Shown here one piece after another: positions 31,374 to 45,029 of a stretch of 64,000 nt of DNA. Position 1 is the stretch's first letter, and every line of letters starts with the position of its first letter. The translations under genes and the position numbers were made by a program. Origin of the DNA: Macrostomum lignano (taxonomy: Eukaryota). The DNA lies in the NCBI GenBank assembly GCA_002269645.1, contig NIVC01000568.1, positions 310,001 through 374,000 of the forward strand. Reading direction: 5' to 3'. A model generated the notes under the pieces. The model ran no database searches and was not told where the DNA came from. It saw nothing but the letters and a program-made list of their open reading frames with translations.

Positions 31374-34300
31374 CGAACTCACTAGCCAACTTAACTTGCA
31401 CACAAATTTCAAGGAAATGACTCAGAACTGGCGTTAATTTGGCGTCATTACAGAAAAGACTCATCACTATGCCGATACCCCTAAGCTGGGAGAAAATCTA
31501 TCATTTTCAGTCGAATTTCCTTATGTTATTTCAATGCAGCCGAAGCTACGGAACGGTTTCGCAAGTGGTCAGTTCAGGTAAAGCAGATTCCCCTAGTCCA
31601 GATATACCAGCATATTTTTTTTGCAACGCTGGGATTCGGTAGAAAAATAATAACATGAAATTGAGCGGAGAACAAAATGTCGAACGAAAACATTACGCGC
31701 CGAGTAAAAAAGGCAACATTGGCTGAGGAATTTCTGAAAGCAGCTGACCGACAACCCGCGTCTCGCAGAAATGTCAGTTTATTTTTCTGACCCACTCGCC
31801 CAGAGAGAAGTCCGTGCATGCCAAACAGCTTCTCTGGCACGCATTGTCCGGTGTCGCCTACATATCGAGCAAAAATTATTGTAATATCCCGGACGGTCGG
31901 CGGCACTCTGTTGACACAGGGGTGGGGGTGGGGACTCGCCCATGCGGATGTGACAGTTCGGGAACACTTGGCGTCCGGGCGAATTTGACCAAAGCTGTCG
32001 TCATCAATGGCGAGAGCGTGATGGCGTCGATGTTTTTATAGAGAGCCGAGGCTGTCACCTGTTAGTTTGGTCAGCGCTTTCCATAGCAGGTGAATTTTTA
32101 TTGTGCAAGTAGTGAACATTTTCTACTAACAAAGTTGCTGATTCTTCAAGAGTCTGCAAGAATTATGTGGTGGTCAGCATCAAATGTCACTCGATGTTCA
32201 AGAGGACAAGGAAGATCTACTACCCTTGGTATTGTAAAACTCAAGCTAAGGCACCGACTTCTAGCTCAAAAAATTATAAATAAGAAAATGGGAATTACCA
32301 CTGATAGCGAAAGAACATGACGTTTCATTTTTATGCAGTTATTCAAAGATTTTTTAGCCCTAAATTCCCTAAAAATCTTACTTTAGAATTCTTGATGAAG
32401 CAAGTGCGAACGTTTAGGTTGAGCTGCACTCGCAAGTTTATCGAGCTTCTTTGCATAGACAGAGGGTTTTGCCATAGAAAGATTGCTTTAGTTTCTAATG
32501 CGTCTATCATGGTAATGCACCCTCTTGCCTTGCATGATATTCCGCATCAATATCGCATCAAGCACCGTTCAGCATCGCAGCTCAGACACCCTTAGACGCC
32601 CTGGGGCAAATATTGAGACAAATCTATCGAATAGCAAATACTCCAATGCTCAGCAGCAGCCAAGGGAAAGCGCCACAAGGGGCGGAGCTTGGGGCGGAAC
32701 CAGCGGAATAGCGCTATAGGGAGAAAAAAGCCGAAAGAGATTATCCCAGACGTGGTTGCAAGATCTGTGAGACCACTTCAAGGAACTGGAAAGTGAGCCG
32801 AACGCCGTGCTGGTTGCCAGGCGCCCTGGATACACAGATCATGCGTGAACTGATAGTTTGCAACATAATTATGCCCCTCGCCCCAGCATGTCTTTTCCCC
32901 CAATTCTCCCCGCTCTCAGACCTACAGATTCCCATCTGTTAATGAATTCAAAACCTCATCAATAAACTCAACCGCATACCGCTCTCTGCTATGCAAAGTA
33001 ACATTCCATAGACCAGCTCTCCAGTTGGAAACTGCCAATTATCTGTGCTGAAGTGCCAAATTATTGTTGCTTTTTTATGAGACGCAATGATCAAAAAATC
33101 GATATAAAAAATGGTTAGATTTATTGTTATGCCAGAGCGCGGAAGCAGGGAATCCACGACGGGCTTGGGAAGAGGAGATTTACTGTGCTATTTTTTTCAA
33201 ATTCTCATTGCGACATGCGGGTAACCGAATATTCATCCACGATTACGGTTGCGTCACCAAAAGTAAAGAGGGCCCACGCGTCTACTGCCGGGGCCCAGCT
33301 GTATCGATTCAATGCCTCTCTTCAGCAACGGAATTTCACCGCTTTGATGTTGTCGATTTCTCAACAAATTTTTTTTTTGACACTTTGACGATGCAAAGCG
33401 AAGAGGCTGCAATTGAGGCTGAATCCACAGCAGGTGGCCGCCTCATTAGTCTCAAACCTGTGCTCGAAAAAATCTATTTAAATTTGAGGAGAAAATGATG
33501 TTGAACAGCCCCAGTCAGACTCCATGCTCAAGCACTTCCGGTCGCAACTCGACAGAACTATTCATAGATATGGACCCGCCGGGATCTTGTGGCTAAATAC
33601 TATACACTTAGCACGAGGAATAACATTTTTATAATTGCTGTGCATTTTTCTTGTTGATCTTACAGAGAGATAGCTGTGTAGCCGAGTTGTTCCTTTTGTC
33701 ATAGCGCTACAAGGCATGGATACAAATTAGGCATTTTCGGGCTTGGGTGACATTTTGCAGATTCGCTTCTTTCCTATAGTGTTGATTTCTCTTCATGCGA
33801 GGTCTTGGTTGCTAGCTAGCTATATCATTTGCTTCTGAATGTAGCATTTAAAGTCGTTCACAGTGCTGCCTGTTAGCTTACTGAAGATAGTTCACACTCT
33901 CACTCTCTCTCTCTCTATCTTGTGAACAAGGAGGAATCCAGCTTATCAACAGATGCCTACATTGCTGAGCTGTAGAAAACATCAATGAGCCAAAGCTCAA
34001 TAGATTTTAATAGCTTTAATTAAAACTTACCCTAAGCAAGGGTACTATAGCTGCTGCTGGCGCGGGGGTTAAACGACCCGAGTTAATAGCTGGTCTCAAT
34101 CAGAATGAAAGGCGAATTCAGCTCATTTGCGCAAGTCCGGGGTCCCACTATATATAAATATATATATACACACACATACACAAAGCACGTCATCCGACTA
34201 ATAGGGGCTACTTTATAGAGAAAGGAATAATAACTCCGAATTTAGCGTTTACCGAGCTGCGTCGTTGCAATTAAGCTATTGGCAATATCAATTATACACT

Positions 34301-34643
34301 CTAATTATATTCAACTCTATAGTGGCCAAAAACTCTTGTGTATTCAAATAAAAAATAAACTGCAAACTTAAAAAAAGCTAACTGCAACAGTGTATAGGCC
34401 GGAGCTGTATCCAATAACCTACTACAGTACTGCGGAGCGGCCATTATTATTGCTTTGAACCGCATCTGCGCAGTCGGGCTCCAAACTACGCGCTCGTGTA
34501 GCTTTTGTTGTGCTTTGAAACTTTCAATTATCGTGACGTTAATTTGACCGCGGGGAATTTTCTAATAATTAATTGCCTTTTTAACATATTTTTAACGGAT
34601 CCAGCAATGGGAACCATGAGGAAAATTTAAGCTATTGACTTAC

Positions 34644-34802
34644 CGGATGTAGCGGCTGGTCCTTCTCGCCATTCTGGCAACAGTAGCTGCTGTTGTGACT
34701 GCTGAGTCGTCCAGTTTTGCGCCGTCTCATCGTCAACCTCATCGTCAGACGCCGCTGCCGCCGCCGCTGCACCTGCTCCTCTGTCGCCCAGTGTTGCTGT
34801 GC
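34644..34802 (-). other. Candidate upstream exon of the ATXN1-like gene (159 bp, phase 1-1)
   Basis: TGTAG acceptor and strong CCG|GTAAGT donor. It reads open as TATLGDRGAGAAAAAAASDDEVDDETAQNWTTQQSQQQLLLPEWREGPAATS and is phase-compatible with the acceptor near 23308. Confidence 0.4.
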
Positions 34803-35879
34803 CTACAGTTCAACAAGCCGAAAAAAACAAATTTAAACGGGATAAAGCAGCCAACAGTCAGCTGTGGTGAAGGGGCTGAGCAGGGCTCCGGCGGTGGATA
34901 TTTAATAAAACACGCAGGCGGGATACAAACACGTACAACCTGTTGCGCAGTGTATTTTTATACGCATTATTATATCTAATTAGTCTATCTGAGTCCTGTC
35001 TATCTAAAAACTTAATACGCTATTTAGACCCCGCTATACGCGACTCTGGCGTAATCAGGGGCCTGCAGTCGGGGTGGGGATGGAGGGGGTGGGGGGAGTT
35101 GCGCACGAGGGCGAAGGCAGACGGAAGAGAGGCCATAGGGAGCACCAGCAGCAGCAGCAGCAGCGTAAACTTGCGCCATTAGCATTGGCGAGACCAAGAA
35201 AAAATAGTGGAACGCAATGAATCTCTCTGCCCCCCTCTAACTGCAATCATGCAGGCCTCCCAGTCAAGTGGCTGCCTGCGCATGGGCGCCCCTGTGTGTG
35301 TAAGTTTTGCATGAGCATATCGTGAAGATTATTCTTTAGCACTGTAGGCTCGCAGGAGCTGTAACCAAAAACCATATATTATAACTACTTTTTCTGCTGC
35401 TTATGCTTCTGCGGTGATTCTCACTCTCTGTTTCTGAAACTTGTGCCGTTGCTTTTACTGTCAGTTGAAGGTTAGCGCAGTCCCTGTGCCCCCCCCCCCT
35501 CGGAACATACTATCCGATCTGGTTTGTATAGTTTAGCCACTGCGGCTATCAGCCCTGGGAAAATCGGGCACGCATATCACGCTCGGTCGCATGCATAAGC
35601 TCATGTTTAAAAACTCTCACTTAAAACTTTAATCTATGCATGCAGCTGGTACTCTCTCCAATGCTTATTAACCACTACTGAACTCAGCAGGCCGATAGTT
35701 AGTCTCAATATCGTTATCATGCATTAGTATATCACCCGCAAAAAATTGCCCTTAGTGACTTCTTCTCATTTTTAATTCGAAAAAAATGTTACTGAATTTC
35801 AGTCGCTATTGTGCTCTGTAGTGACAGGGCGACTCGTGCGCAATCCCTAAATTTCACAAACCTATTTGTCACCGTTCTG

Positions 35880-37555
35880 AAATTTCACCATCCCGAAACT
35901 TCACAATCCCGAAACTTCACAATCCCGAAACTTCACAATCCCGAAACTTCACAATCCCGAAACTTCACAATCCCGAAACTTCACAATCCCGAAACTTCAC
36001 AATCCCGAAACTTCACAATCTTGAAACTTCACAATTCTGAAACTTCACAAGTCCGAAACTTCACAATCCTGAAACTTCACAATGCCGAAACTTCACAATC
36101 CCGAAACTTCACAATCCCAAAACTTTACAAGTTCGAAACTTCACAAGCCTGAAACTTCACCATCCCGAAACTTCACAATCCTGAAACTTCACAATCCCGA
36201 CTTCACAATCACGAAACTTCACCATCCCGAAACTTCACAAGTCCGAAACTTCACAATCCTGAAACTTCACAATCCCGAAACTTCACAATCCCGAAACTTC
36301 ACAATCCCGAAACTTCACAAGTCCGAAATTTCACCATCCCGAAACTTCACAAGTCCGAAACTTCACAATCCCGAAACTTCACAAGTCCGAAACTTCACAA
36401 TCCTGAAACTTCACAATGCTGAAACTTCACAATCCCGAAACTTCACAATCTCGAAACTTCACAATCCTGAAACTCCACCATCCCGAAACTTCACAATCCC
36501 GAAACTTCACAATCCCAAAACTTTACAAGTTCGAAACTTCACAAGCCCGTAACTTCAAAATCCCGAAACTTCACAAGTCCGAAACTTCACCATCCCGAAA
36601 CTTCACAAGTCCGAAACTTCACAATCCTGAAACTTCACCATCCCGAAACTTCACAATCCCGAAACTTCACAATCCCGAAACTTCACAATCCCGAAACTTC
36701 ACAATCCCGAAACTTCACAATCCCGAAACTTCACAATCCCGAAACTTCACAATCCCGAAACTTCACAATCCCGAAACTTCACAAGTCCGAAACTTCACAA
36801 TCTTGAAACTTCACCATCCCGAAACTTCACAAGTCCGAAACTTCACCATCCCGAAACTTCACAATCCCGAAACTTCACAATCCTGAAACTTCACAATGCC
36901 GAAACTTCACAATTCCGAAACTTCACAATCCCAAAACTTTACAAGTTCGAAACTTCACAAGCCCGTAACTTCAAAATCCCGAAACTTCACAAGTCCGAAA
37001 CTTCACCATCCCGAAACTTCACAAGTCCGAAACTTCACAATTCTGAAACTTCACAAGTCCGAAACTTCACAATCCTGAAACTTCACAATGCCGAAACTTC
37101 ACAATCCCGAAACTTCACAATCCCGAAACTTCACAATCCTGAAACTCCACCATCCCGAAACTTCACAATCCCGAAACTTCACAATCCCAAAACTTTACAA
37201 GTTCGAAACTTCACAAGCCCGTAACTTCAAAATCCCGAAACTTCACAAGTCCGAAACTTCACCATCCCGAAACTTCACAAGTCCGAAACTTCACAATCCT
37301 GAAACTTCACCATCCCGAAACTTCACAATCCTGAAACTTCACAATCCCGAAACTTCACAATCCCCAAACTTCACAATCCCGAAACTTCACAATCCCGAAA
37401 CTTCACGATCCCGAAACTTCACAATCCCGAAAGTCACAATCCTGAAACTTCACAATCCCAAAACATCACAAATCCGAAACTTCACAATCCCAAAACTTCA
37501 CAATCCCGAAACTTCACGATCTCGAAACTTCACAAGCCTTAAATTTCAAAAGTCC
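35880..37555. repeat. 16-bp minisatellite (CCCGAAACTTCACAAT)n, about 105 units
   Basis: Largest array in the window; source of the KLHNPETSQSRNFTIP ORFs. Confidence 0.97.
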
Positions 37556-38932
37556 AAAATTTCACTCTCCCAAAATTTGTGAAGTTTTTAAGTGGTAAAA
37601 TTTTCTTAAAACTTGTGAAAATTTTAGTTTTAAAAACGCCTTCTCAGGGCAGAACAATGAGTAAACAATCAGAGATGCTTTGTATCTACGAGCTAATATA
37701 CCGTAGCAACTATAAAAATGTCATACCACCTGCAAAAACATATCTGGATCGCATCGCTTATTAATCAATTTAGTTTTGAGTGCGTAAATGTCTTGGCTAC
37801 GAATGTCATGATCATTTAATCACGGATAAAATTGCACGTCAGATTCATTGTAAAACGCAATTAGAATAAAACATTGCACGAGATCATGCAGTGCTGCACG
37901 GAATAGCTGGCCGGGACTTGTAAAACCGCAGAATATATCAGATCTGTTGTTATAACACAGCCACGCAGTAATGGAGTTTTCGACTAAAAAAGTAGTTTAA
38001 AAAATAATTATGAGTAAACATGGGGGTGATCTAATCCGGAATCCCATAGAGTGGGGTTCACTGTACGCTAATTTTATTCTACCGTTCGATTTCTGAATCT
38101 TTTCAAGATACGATTGCACAATAAACAAAAGCAATTCTGGGTATTCTCTAATCATGTTCTACTACAGCAGCTTCTGCATAGTTGCAGCAATTGAGTAAAA
38201 CTTTAATTAAAAAAATACTTTCACTTCCTACTAAAAGTAGCACCTTAGATGCATGAACTAGCGAATCGATATTACACCATTTTACCAAAAGAAACAAGCG
38301 CTGTTGCTCATGTAAACGCCATTCTTATTTCATTTTGTTGCACCATGCTTTTACGCATCATATATCTCTATAATATAACATATGAAAGCGTAGCAGGTAA
38401 TGCGATGTACACGTAAAACTATACATCTAAATGTAGGAAAGGTAAGGCCTTCTAAAACTATAGAATCCAAGATCAGAGAGCTGCTCATGTTCTGCATTTA
38501 GTGCATTGTTAAGGCTGACTTGTTTTTTGCTTTATTAAATAATTTTCCCATGCGGATTGAAAACTCAATTGGTTTGAAATTTTATGTGCATGCAATGCCC
38601 TATAATTTTTAATCAGTTTAAAGTCAGTTTTCTGCTGATGATTACTGCAAAATTTGCGTGTATAAATTGTGATAGTCTCTTATTTTTACTGCTCCAAATA
38701 AAAACATAATTTTAATGTATGACCATACCTATAGGATTCTAATATCCGTCAATTATAAGTTTCTGATTTATACTAGTTGTCTAGTACAGGCACGAAATGT
38801 TATAATTTACAAAAAATAAAGGTTTGAAAATTTTCCTCACGAAACGGAAATTTGAAGACTGCTTTCTGCGAAACAAACACGTCATTTTTCGTTCTTTAAA
38901 AATGCCTGCCATAGAAATCAAATCATACGAAT

Positions 38933-38933
38933 T

Positions 38934-38968
<35 letters not shown>
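38933..38968. repeat. (TA)n microsatellite
   Basis: Direct inspection. Confidence 0.9.
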
Positions 38969-38971
<3 letters not shown>

Positions 38972-39434
38972 TTAATTTTTTTCTTTTATCAATTACCGTT
39001 CATTTATTCTTATTTTTTAATAAAAAAACTATGGTCTATACTTAGCTATATGCCCCTCGCTGATTTCCTAACCTAGTAATTTTTAATGAATTATTTTATA
39101 TATTAGCCAGACTCAACTGATTCTCTACAACTCCATTGTCAAAATCAAATTTAGGCCCCTAGCAACATTTTATTACTGTCTAATTGTCATATTTAATGAT
39201 TAATTTTGTAATGAATAATATTATTATTATTAGGCCTATATATTTATTATATACTTAGTGATCTACTGATCTAAGCAAATGTCAATGTCAATGTTGGTTA
39301 TTTTATTTATTAGTTTTTTTTAAATTTTACTATAGAAGCTTAAATGTATGCAATCTTCTAGTTTACTGCACTAAATTATTTTCATGTTTTTACAAATTTT
39401 TCATCCTATACTAATTGACAAATGCTGGGTTTTT

Positions 39435-39836
39435 TAGGGGTCGGACGTGATCACAATTGTGATCACGATTTTGTGAATTCACAACTATTTTTTTCACAAT
39501 CGTCAATTGTGATTTCCTTGAAACCCATTTATGACAGTTGTGAATTTCCGCTTTATTACATTTTTATTAGAAGTATAACTTTTCTACTTGGTTTACCAAA
39601 ATATGTGAACACAAATATGTAAAAGAGTAATAAATTTTAAATTTGTTGACTTGACAGCATTACCGAGTAGCTATTATCAATTTATAAATATTTCTTTTCT
39701 TGTTTTGTTTTTTCAACACTTGTAACTTACAAGCTAAAAATACGTGTATGCAAATATAAATTCTCAATTACGCCCGACTTTGAAAATTTCACAAAATTTC
39801 ATACCCAACCAAAATTTTCTACTTGTCCGACCTCTA
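39435..39836. mobile_element. Possible hAT-type MITE (402 bp) with 12-bp TIRs
   Basis: TAGGGGTCGGAC...GTCCGACCTCTA (11/12 match). Flanks GGGTTTTT and GTTTTTTT form an imperfect 8-bp TSD. Internal 20-bp palindrome at 39447-39466. Confidence 0.5.
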
Positions 39837-41976
39837 GTTTTTTTTTCGCCAGAGACAAGGTGCAAAATCGCACCTTGTGCCAAATTTCAAGTTGCGATCT
39901 TAAGGCTCAGAGTGCAATTTCTCTTGAGTCTTGTTTCAGACAACTGGGAATGTATAGACATGTCTTATGTCTATACATCTTTGTACAAAGAATGCCTTGA
40001 CCTCTTGTCTGTTATCTTTTCTTCAGATCGCTGCTTTGATAAATAGTAACATGATAAAAAATACTAAAACAAAGAAGTTGCTACTTTGTATCTATTCTCC
40101 CATTTTTTCATTTTAGAATAAGCCTTCAGCTTGTGTTACAGTGGGTTTTCCTCTGTCTTTATGAACAATCCCACTGCTGCCACCAAGTTCTCGAAGGCGT
40201 AATTGCTCTCACTAAAATTATCCCACTGCACTGCTGCAACCAAGTTGTCAAAGGGCTGATTCTTCTGTCTCTTCAAATGATTTCACAGCTGTCACTAAAG
40301 TTGTCAAAGGGCTAAATTCCTGTTTTTATTAATGTTGGTAGCTGCTACCAAGACTATTCTATTAATAAATTATGATTTTATTAATCTTAGAATAAGTCTG
40401 AGAATATTTCTTAGAATAGGTCTGAGTATTTAGTCTTAGTATTATTCCTAGAAAACTATTAGCCCTGAAAGATTTTACTCCTCTGTTATTCTGGTAGCGT
40501 TTATTCTGATTCCGGTAGCATTTACTAAACTTTTGGCCTGAGTGGTCTATTGGCTATACTGGTATATGTATTCCATGTACTTTGCAAGTCCTTGGGCGTT
40601 ACTGAGATCAGAGGGTCACAGCCTCCGGTTATTCTTACATGTATCACTTCAGATCTACTTCGTATTCTCTTACTATTCAATACTGCTGCTTCTTAATAGT
40701 ATGTACTATATACACTTCAGTCTATTTCACTCTTACTTCTTAAAAAGAATTAACATAGAAAACACTTCTTCAATTCTTATTTTCTTGGAACTATTATTCT
40801 TCGATATGACTATTTTGTTAGTGAACCGCGATGCGCAAGATTGGTCTCTCCTCCACCAAAAATGCTTCTATTTATAATAAAATTTACTGCTAGTTAAAAC
40901 AAAAATTAGTTTGTGTAAAATATTATGAAAAATATGAGTATTAAAACAAAATATGTTTCTTAGTTTTGGCATGAATTCAAATTGACTAAACAGTGACTAT
41001 TTTATAAAGAAATCGGGAGGGGCCCTGCACACTTATAAGGCTTCGTGTTCAAGAGTTCTGGAGACAGGCTTCAATAGGCTGACTTACCTACATCCATTCC
41101 TCTTGGATAACATAGAAGTGGGCCTGGTGGGACCAGAATTGGATTCAGCATAACATAGATAAACAATATATCATTATCAATTGGATCGACACAGCTCAAG
41201 CTGATTGAGTGGCAGCTCCACTGTTACATTTTACATGCAATGCTGTGTGCATAGTACACTATTGAAAATATACTCTTACGCATTAAAAGAATGTTTTCCA
41301 GCTACATTTGGAGAGGAAAAGAAAAAAAATGTAGAATTTACTGTCTAACAATTTTAACAGTCAATATTTTTCCTTGCTATTCTGCCTTTTTATTTACCTA
41401 CTGGATGTTGAATTTAATAAAAATTCTACTATACGTCTATACAGTTTAAGGTGCTAGTAAATTATGTACACAGCAAAACTCTAGCTAGCTGTAGAGTAAA
41501 TATGTAGTCGTGGATTATAGATAGTTCCAATCCAACTACCAACACTGTGACAACTAGGCTAAAAATGAAAGTTAAAGGTAAAAATTCAAAGCATTCAAGA
41601 GATGGATGATGCTTTAATTTGCAAGCCTTGAGTTGGAGTTATAACTCCTGAAGATAATCAAAGAAATTGAAGCAAAAAGACTACTTTTCAAGGAATACAT
41701 GATCATTGAGCAGAGACACTGACTCATTGCGTAGACAATTAGGAAGACACTAGCAATCTAGTGCCCACTTTGGTGCGCCCAATAAGTAAGGGACAAAATA
41801 ATTTACGTAAATCCTATTTGCCTTGACTCCGATGCAATTCTCCCAAAAGCCTTGACATCTCATCAATAACCATAACAATCCTTGACATCTACACGATTCC
41901 CCACAAGCCTTAACATCTTAGCAATCTCCCCAGCAAGCTAATTGAGTAAAATGCTCATTGAGCCTGAGTTAAATGC

Positions 41977-42099
41977 TTATTCCTTCATGTCATGGGCCAT
42001 GGCATTGACAAACTCGTTGACATCGAGTTCCGACAGCTGGTAGCGCTTTCGTTGGGCACTGTGCTCCCACAATGCAAAGGCTTGATCATACAGGAAACT
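41977..42099 (-). other. Orphan coding-like exon of unknown gene
   Basis: GC-richer island in AT-rich DNA; after an AG it reads SFLYDQAFALWEHSAQRKRYQLSELDVNEFVNAMAHDMKE*. No family recognised. Confidence 0.3.
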
Positions 42100-43434
42100 C
42101 TTGTAGTAAAAGTATTATAAAATAAAAGTATTATAGACTAAACAAGGCTATATATATATCAAATCTGGCATTAAAACAATTAAAGACATATTATTATTAA
42201 TACATATAACATAAAGACATTCTATATGTCTAGTTTAATAAAAGGTTTTTAGATTATAACAATATAAGATAGATTAGTTTGTAGTTGATTTGTTATATTA
42301 TTATATTAAAATATACTAAAAATACTAATACTATTTAGTCTAAGTCTACTTTAATTTACTATAAGCCATAACTATATATACACTCAAAGTATATAATATA
42401 TAATAATTAATAATAGTATAAATATCAGTATTGTATGTATACTATTAGTATTATAATATTATTGTATATACATATGCCTAGCATAGACATCATATAGTAC
42501 AGTTAAATAGTAATTTAAATATAATTTTATTATTTTACTGTTACAATTATTTTACAATAATTTTATAATTGTAAATAATTACTTATACTAAAAAAAATAA
42601 AGTAAATGTAATTTGGGCCTACTGCCTACTTAAACATTTTTGCAATAGAAGCTCACTGATTATGTTATATCCAGACTCTAACAGTCTTTTTGACTTATAA
42701 TTTATGATTGATAACTTTAACTTATAACTACCTATTGCACAAACAATAGAAATTGGCATTAGTCCTTATAGATAGTCTATCTATTGATTTTATTTATCTA
42801 TTCTAGGCCTATTGATTATCTATGATTTAATTGTGGATATAAGCCTTAAGGCTATTAGATTATGAATATGATAAATTTATGAACTTGAATTTAATACTTT
42901 ACTTCAGTAGAGCTTATGATTAGATAGACCTTTAGATTCTTATAATTTGCATTTGTATTATATCTATAGATTATATATACAACTAAATAAACACAAGGCT
43001 ACCGCTTAACTCATACTTAACATTCTAAGAAAGAGTGAAGACTCCGAAGAGTCAAGAGTGAAGATGTCAAAATTAAAAAAGTTGAAGTTTATACTAATAT
43101 ACTAGATAAATTATCATCATTCATCATTGATCAAAAAGGCCAAATTTAATGTGATCAAAGATCATATGATTTTTATATAATTTTTCATATATTTTAATAT
43201 CTTACAGAAGGCTATAGCCATAGGCTATATGACTTAATAGGATTTAAAGAGTTATTTTGTTTTATATTTTAACTAAGGCAGTGCATGAAAAATAGCTTAA
43301 GCATAGTTAAGCCTTTAAAGAAAAATGGTTATAAGACTGCACCTAAACTGCACCTACTTTTTTAATTTCAGGGTGCGATTTTAAAATTTAGGGTACATAT
43401 GCACATTCTGCGCACAAAAAAACCCTGGAACAAA

Positions 43435-43626
43435 TGGTAGGCCTATAATGGCTTGTAAAATCACATAGATATCAATCACCAACTCCATTTTCTGGACCCA
43501 CATGACAACTTGACTGTCCATATGAACACCATTGAGGGGTCATGGGCAGGCATCAAGGCCAAATTCATTCTAGTACATAGCACTAGTGATGCCCTGTTTG
43601 ACACCTATCTCAATGAGTACCTGTGC
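43435..43626 (+). pseudogene. Merlin/IS1595 (ISXO2-like) transposase fragment
   Basis: W*AYNGL*NHIDINHQLHFLDPHDNLTVHMNTIEGSWAGIKAKFILVHSTSDALFDTYLNEYL follows the Merlin pattern W+AYxxL...VNH...FVDP...HTNTIEGxW..K...YLxE, with two in-frame stops. Confidence 0.75.
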
Positions 43627-45029
43627 CTATGGTGCTGCCTTTTCCCATTACCAAAAGTGTTTGGGAACTTTTTGTATTAGGTTATGTCACTATTATTGAT
43701 ACTAATGACTAATGACTTCATATTTTATTACTTTTCATATGAAAATATTTCAATGCAGTAAAGTAGAAAATTGCCAAATGTACTAGTAGTCACTGAAAAT
43801 ATAGCCATAAGCATTAGAGTAGTCAGGGTCTGGATCGTGTAGTAGTGTATACCGGAACAAGAATCCTATCTCAGCTAAATGTATGCCAGTGTATGCTAAA
43901 AGCAAAAAATTTCCCTAAAATATATGCCTAAAATTCCACCTAAAAAGGTCATTCAGTTTTCACAAGTAGAGTGTCTTTAAGAAAGGCTTTCCTACAAAAA
44001 GTCTTTAAAATATAAAGATTTTCTTTTAATTTTTTAAACAAACTTAAATTAAACCTACAGAAATAATAATGCAAAATTTATATTCTTAGTCATCATTTAT
44101 ACTTCAATTATAAATACTTCAATAAACTTCAATAAATATTCAATTATATTTGTAATTGTTAAATTGTAAAATTGTAAAAAATCATAAAATCACAAGAAAT
44201 GTCTTGACTTTATCTTTAACTCATATTACAAATTATCTTATAGCTATTGTTAGATATAACCCCAGTGAAGTTATATTGGGGTTCATATCTTATAGTATAT
44301 TATTTAGTAGCACTTAAAATATTTCTATTCTAATATTAAAACATATATTATTATTATTATATCATAGAAAGTATATAGCAAAATTTTCTAGACTGTAGCT
44401 TACCATTTTTGCAATTTTTATCTACTTTGGTTGAAAGTTTAGAAACAAAGAAACAATAACCTATTTAGTCAGTTTATAAACCTTCATAACATTTCAGTTA
44501 ATTGTAAAAATTTATATTCATTCTAAAAATTCTTATTAAGTCCATAGGAAAAAAGCATATACCATATATAGGCCAGAGATTTCTAGGGTACATTCACAAA
44601 TATTTGACATAAATGATGGGAACAAAAAGTGATTTTAGTGGTGCAACTAGGGTTTTCAAAGGGTAGACTATAAGGGAATTGGGGATAAGTAGAATATTGA
44701 AACTATATAATAATGAAGCTGCTCTACTAGCCAATTAGCCAATATATACAAGCTAATATAGTCATATGATATGACATAGATAAAAGCTTTAAACTAGAGA
44801 TATTAACATAGACAACATACTAAGCTAATATACCTATTATCACTATACTATTGCCTAACTATTGTCTGTGATCTCCATTCTTAAAGCAGATATGAATAGA
44901 ATCAAAATTCTAACCCTGTAGCACTCAAACACAATATTGTATATTGTCACTATACAAAATGCTATATTTGAATTGTCAAGTCACTGATCAAGCAATATGC
45001 TGCAATAGTTAAAAAGCAAAGAAACGTGC

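Noticed and set aside
31574-32058. Minus-strand peptide ITIIFARYVGDTGQCVPEKLFG resembling an hAT DDE region
   Set aside because: Similarity is limited to a few residues with wrong spacing to the putative first Asp, so it is not supportable without a search.
33124-33498. ORFs and a VIVDEY peptide suggestive of a helicase motif II
   Set aside because: No other helicase motifs nearby and multiple stops.
38005-38066. Tc1/Tigger-like terminus (TACAGTGAACCCC on minus)
   Set aside because: No matching second terminus was found.
40130-40330. Degenerate ~60-bp triplicated segment with weak coding look
   Set aside because: Stops and frameshifts in all frames and no identifiable product.
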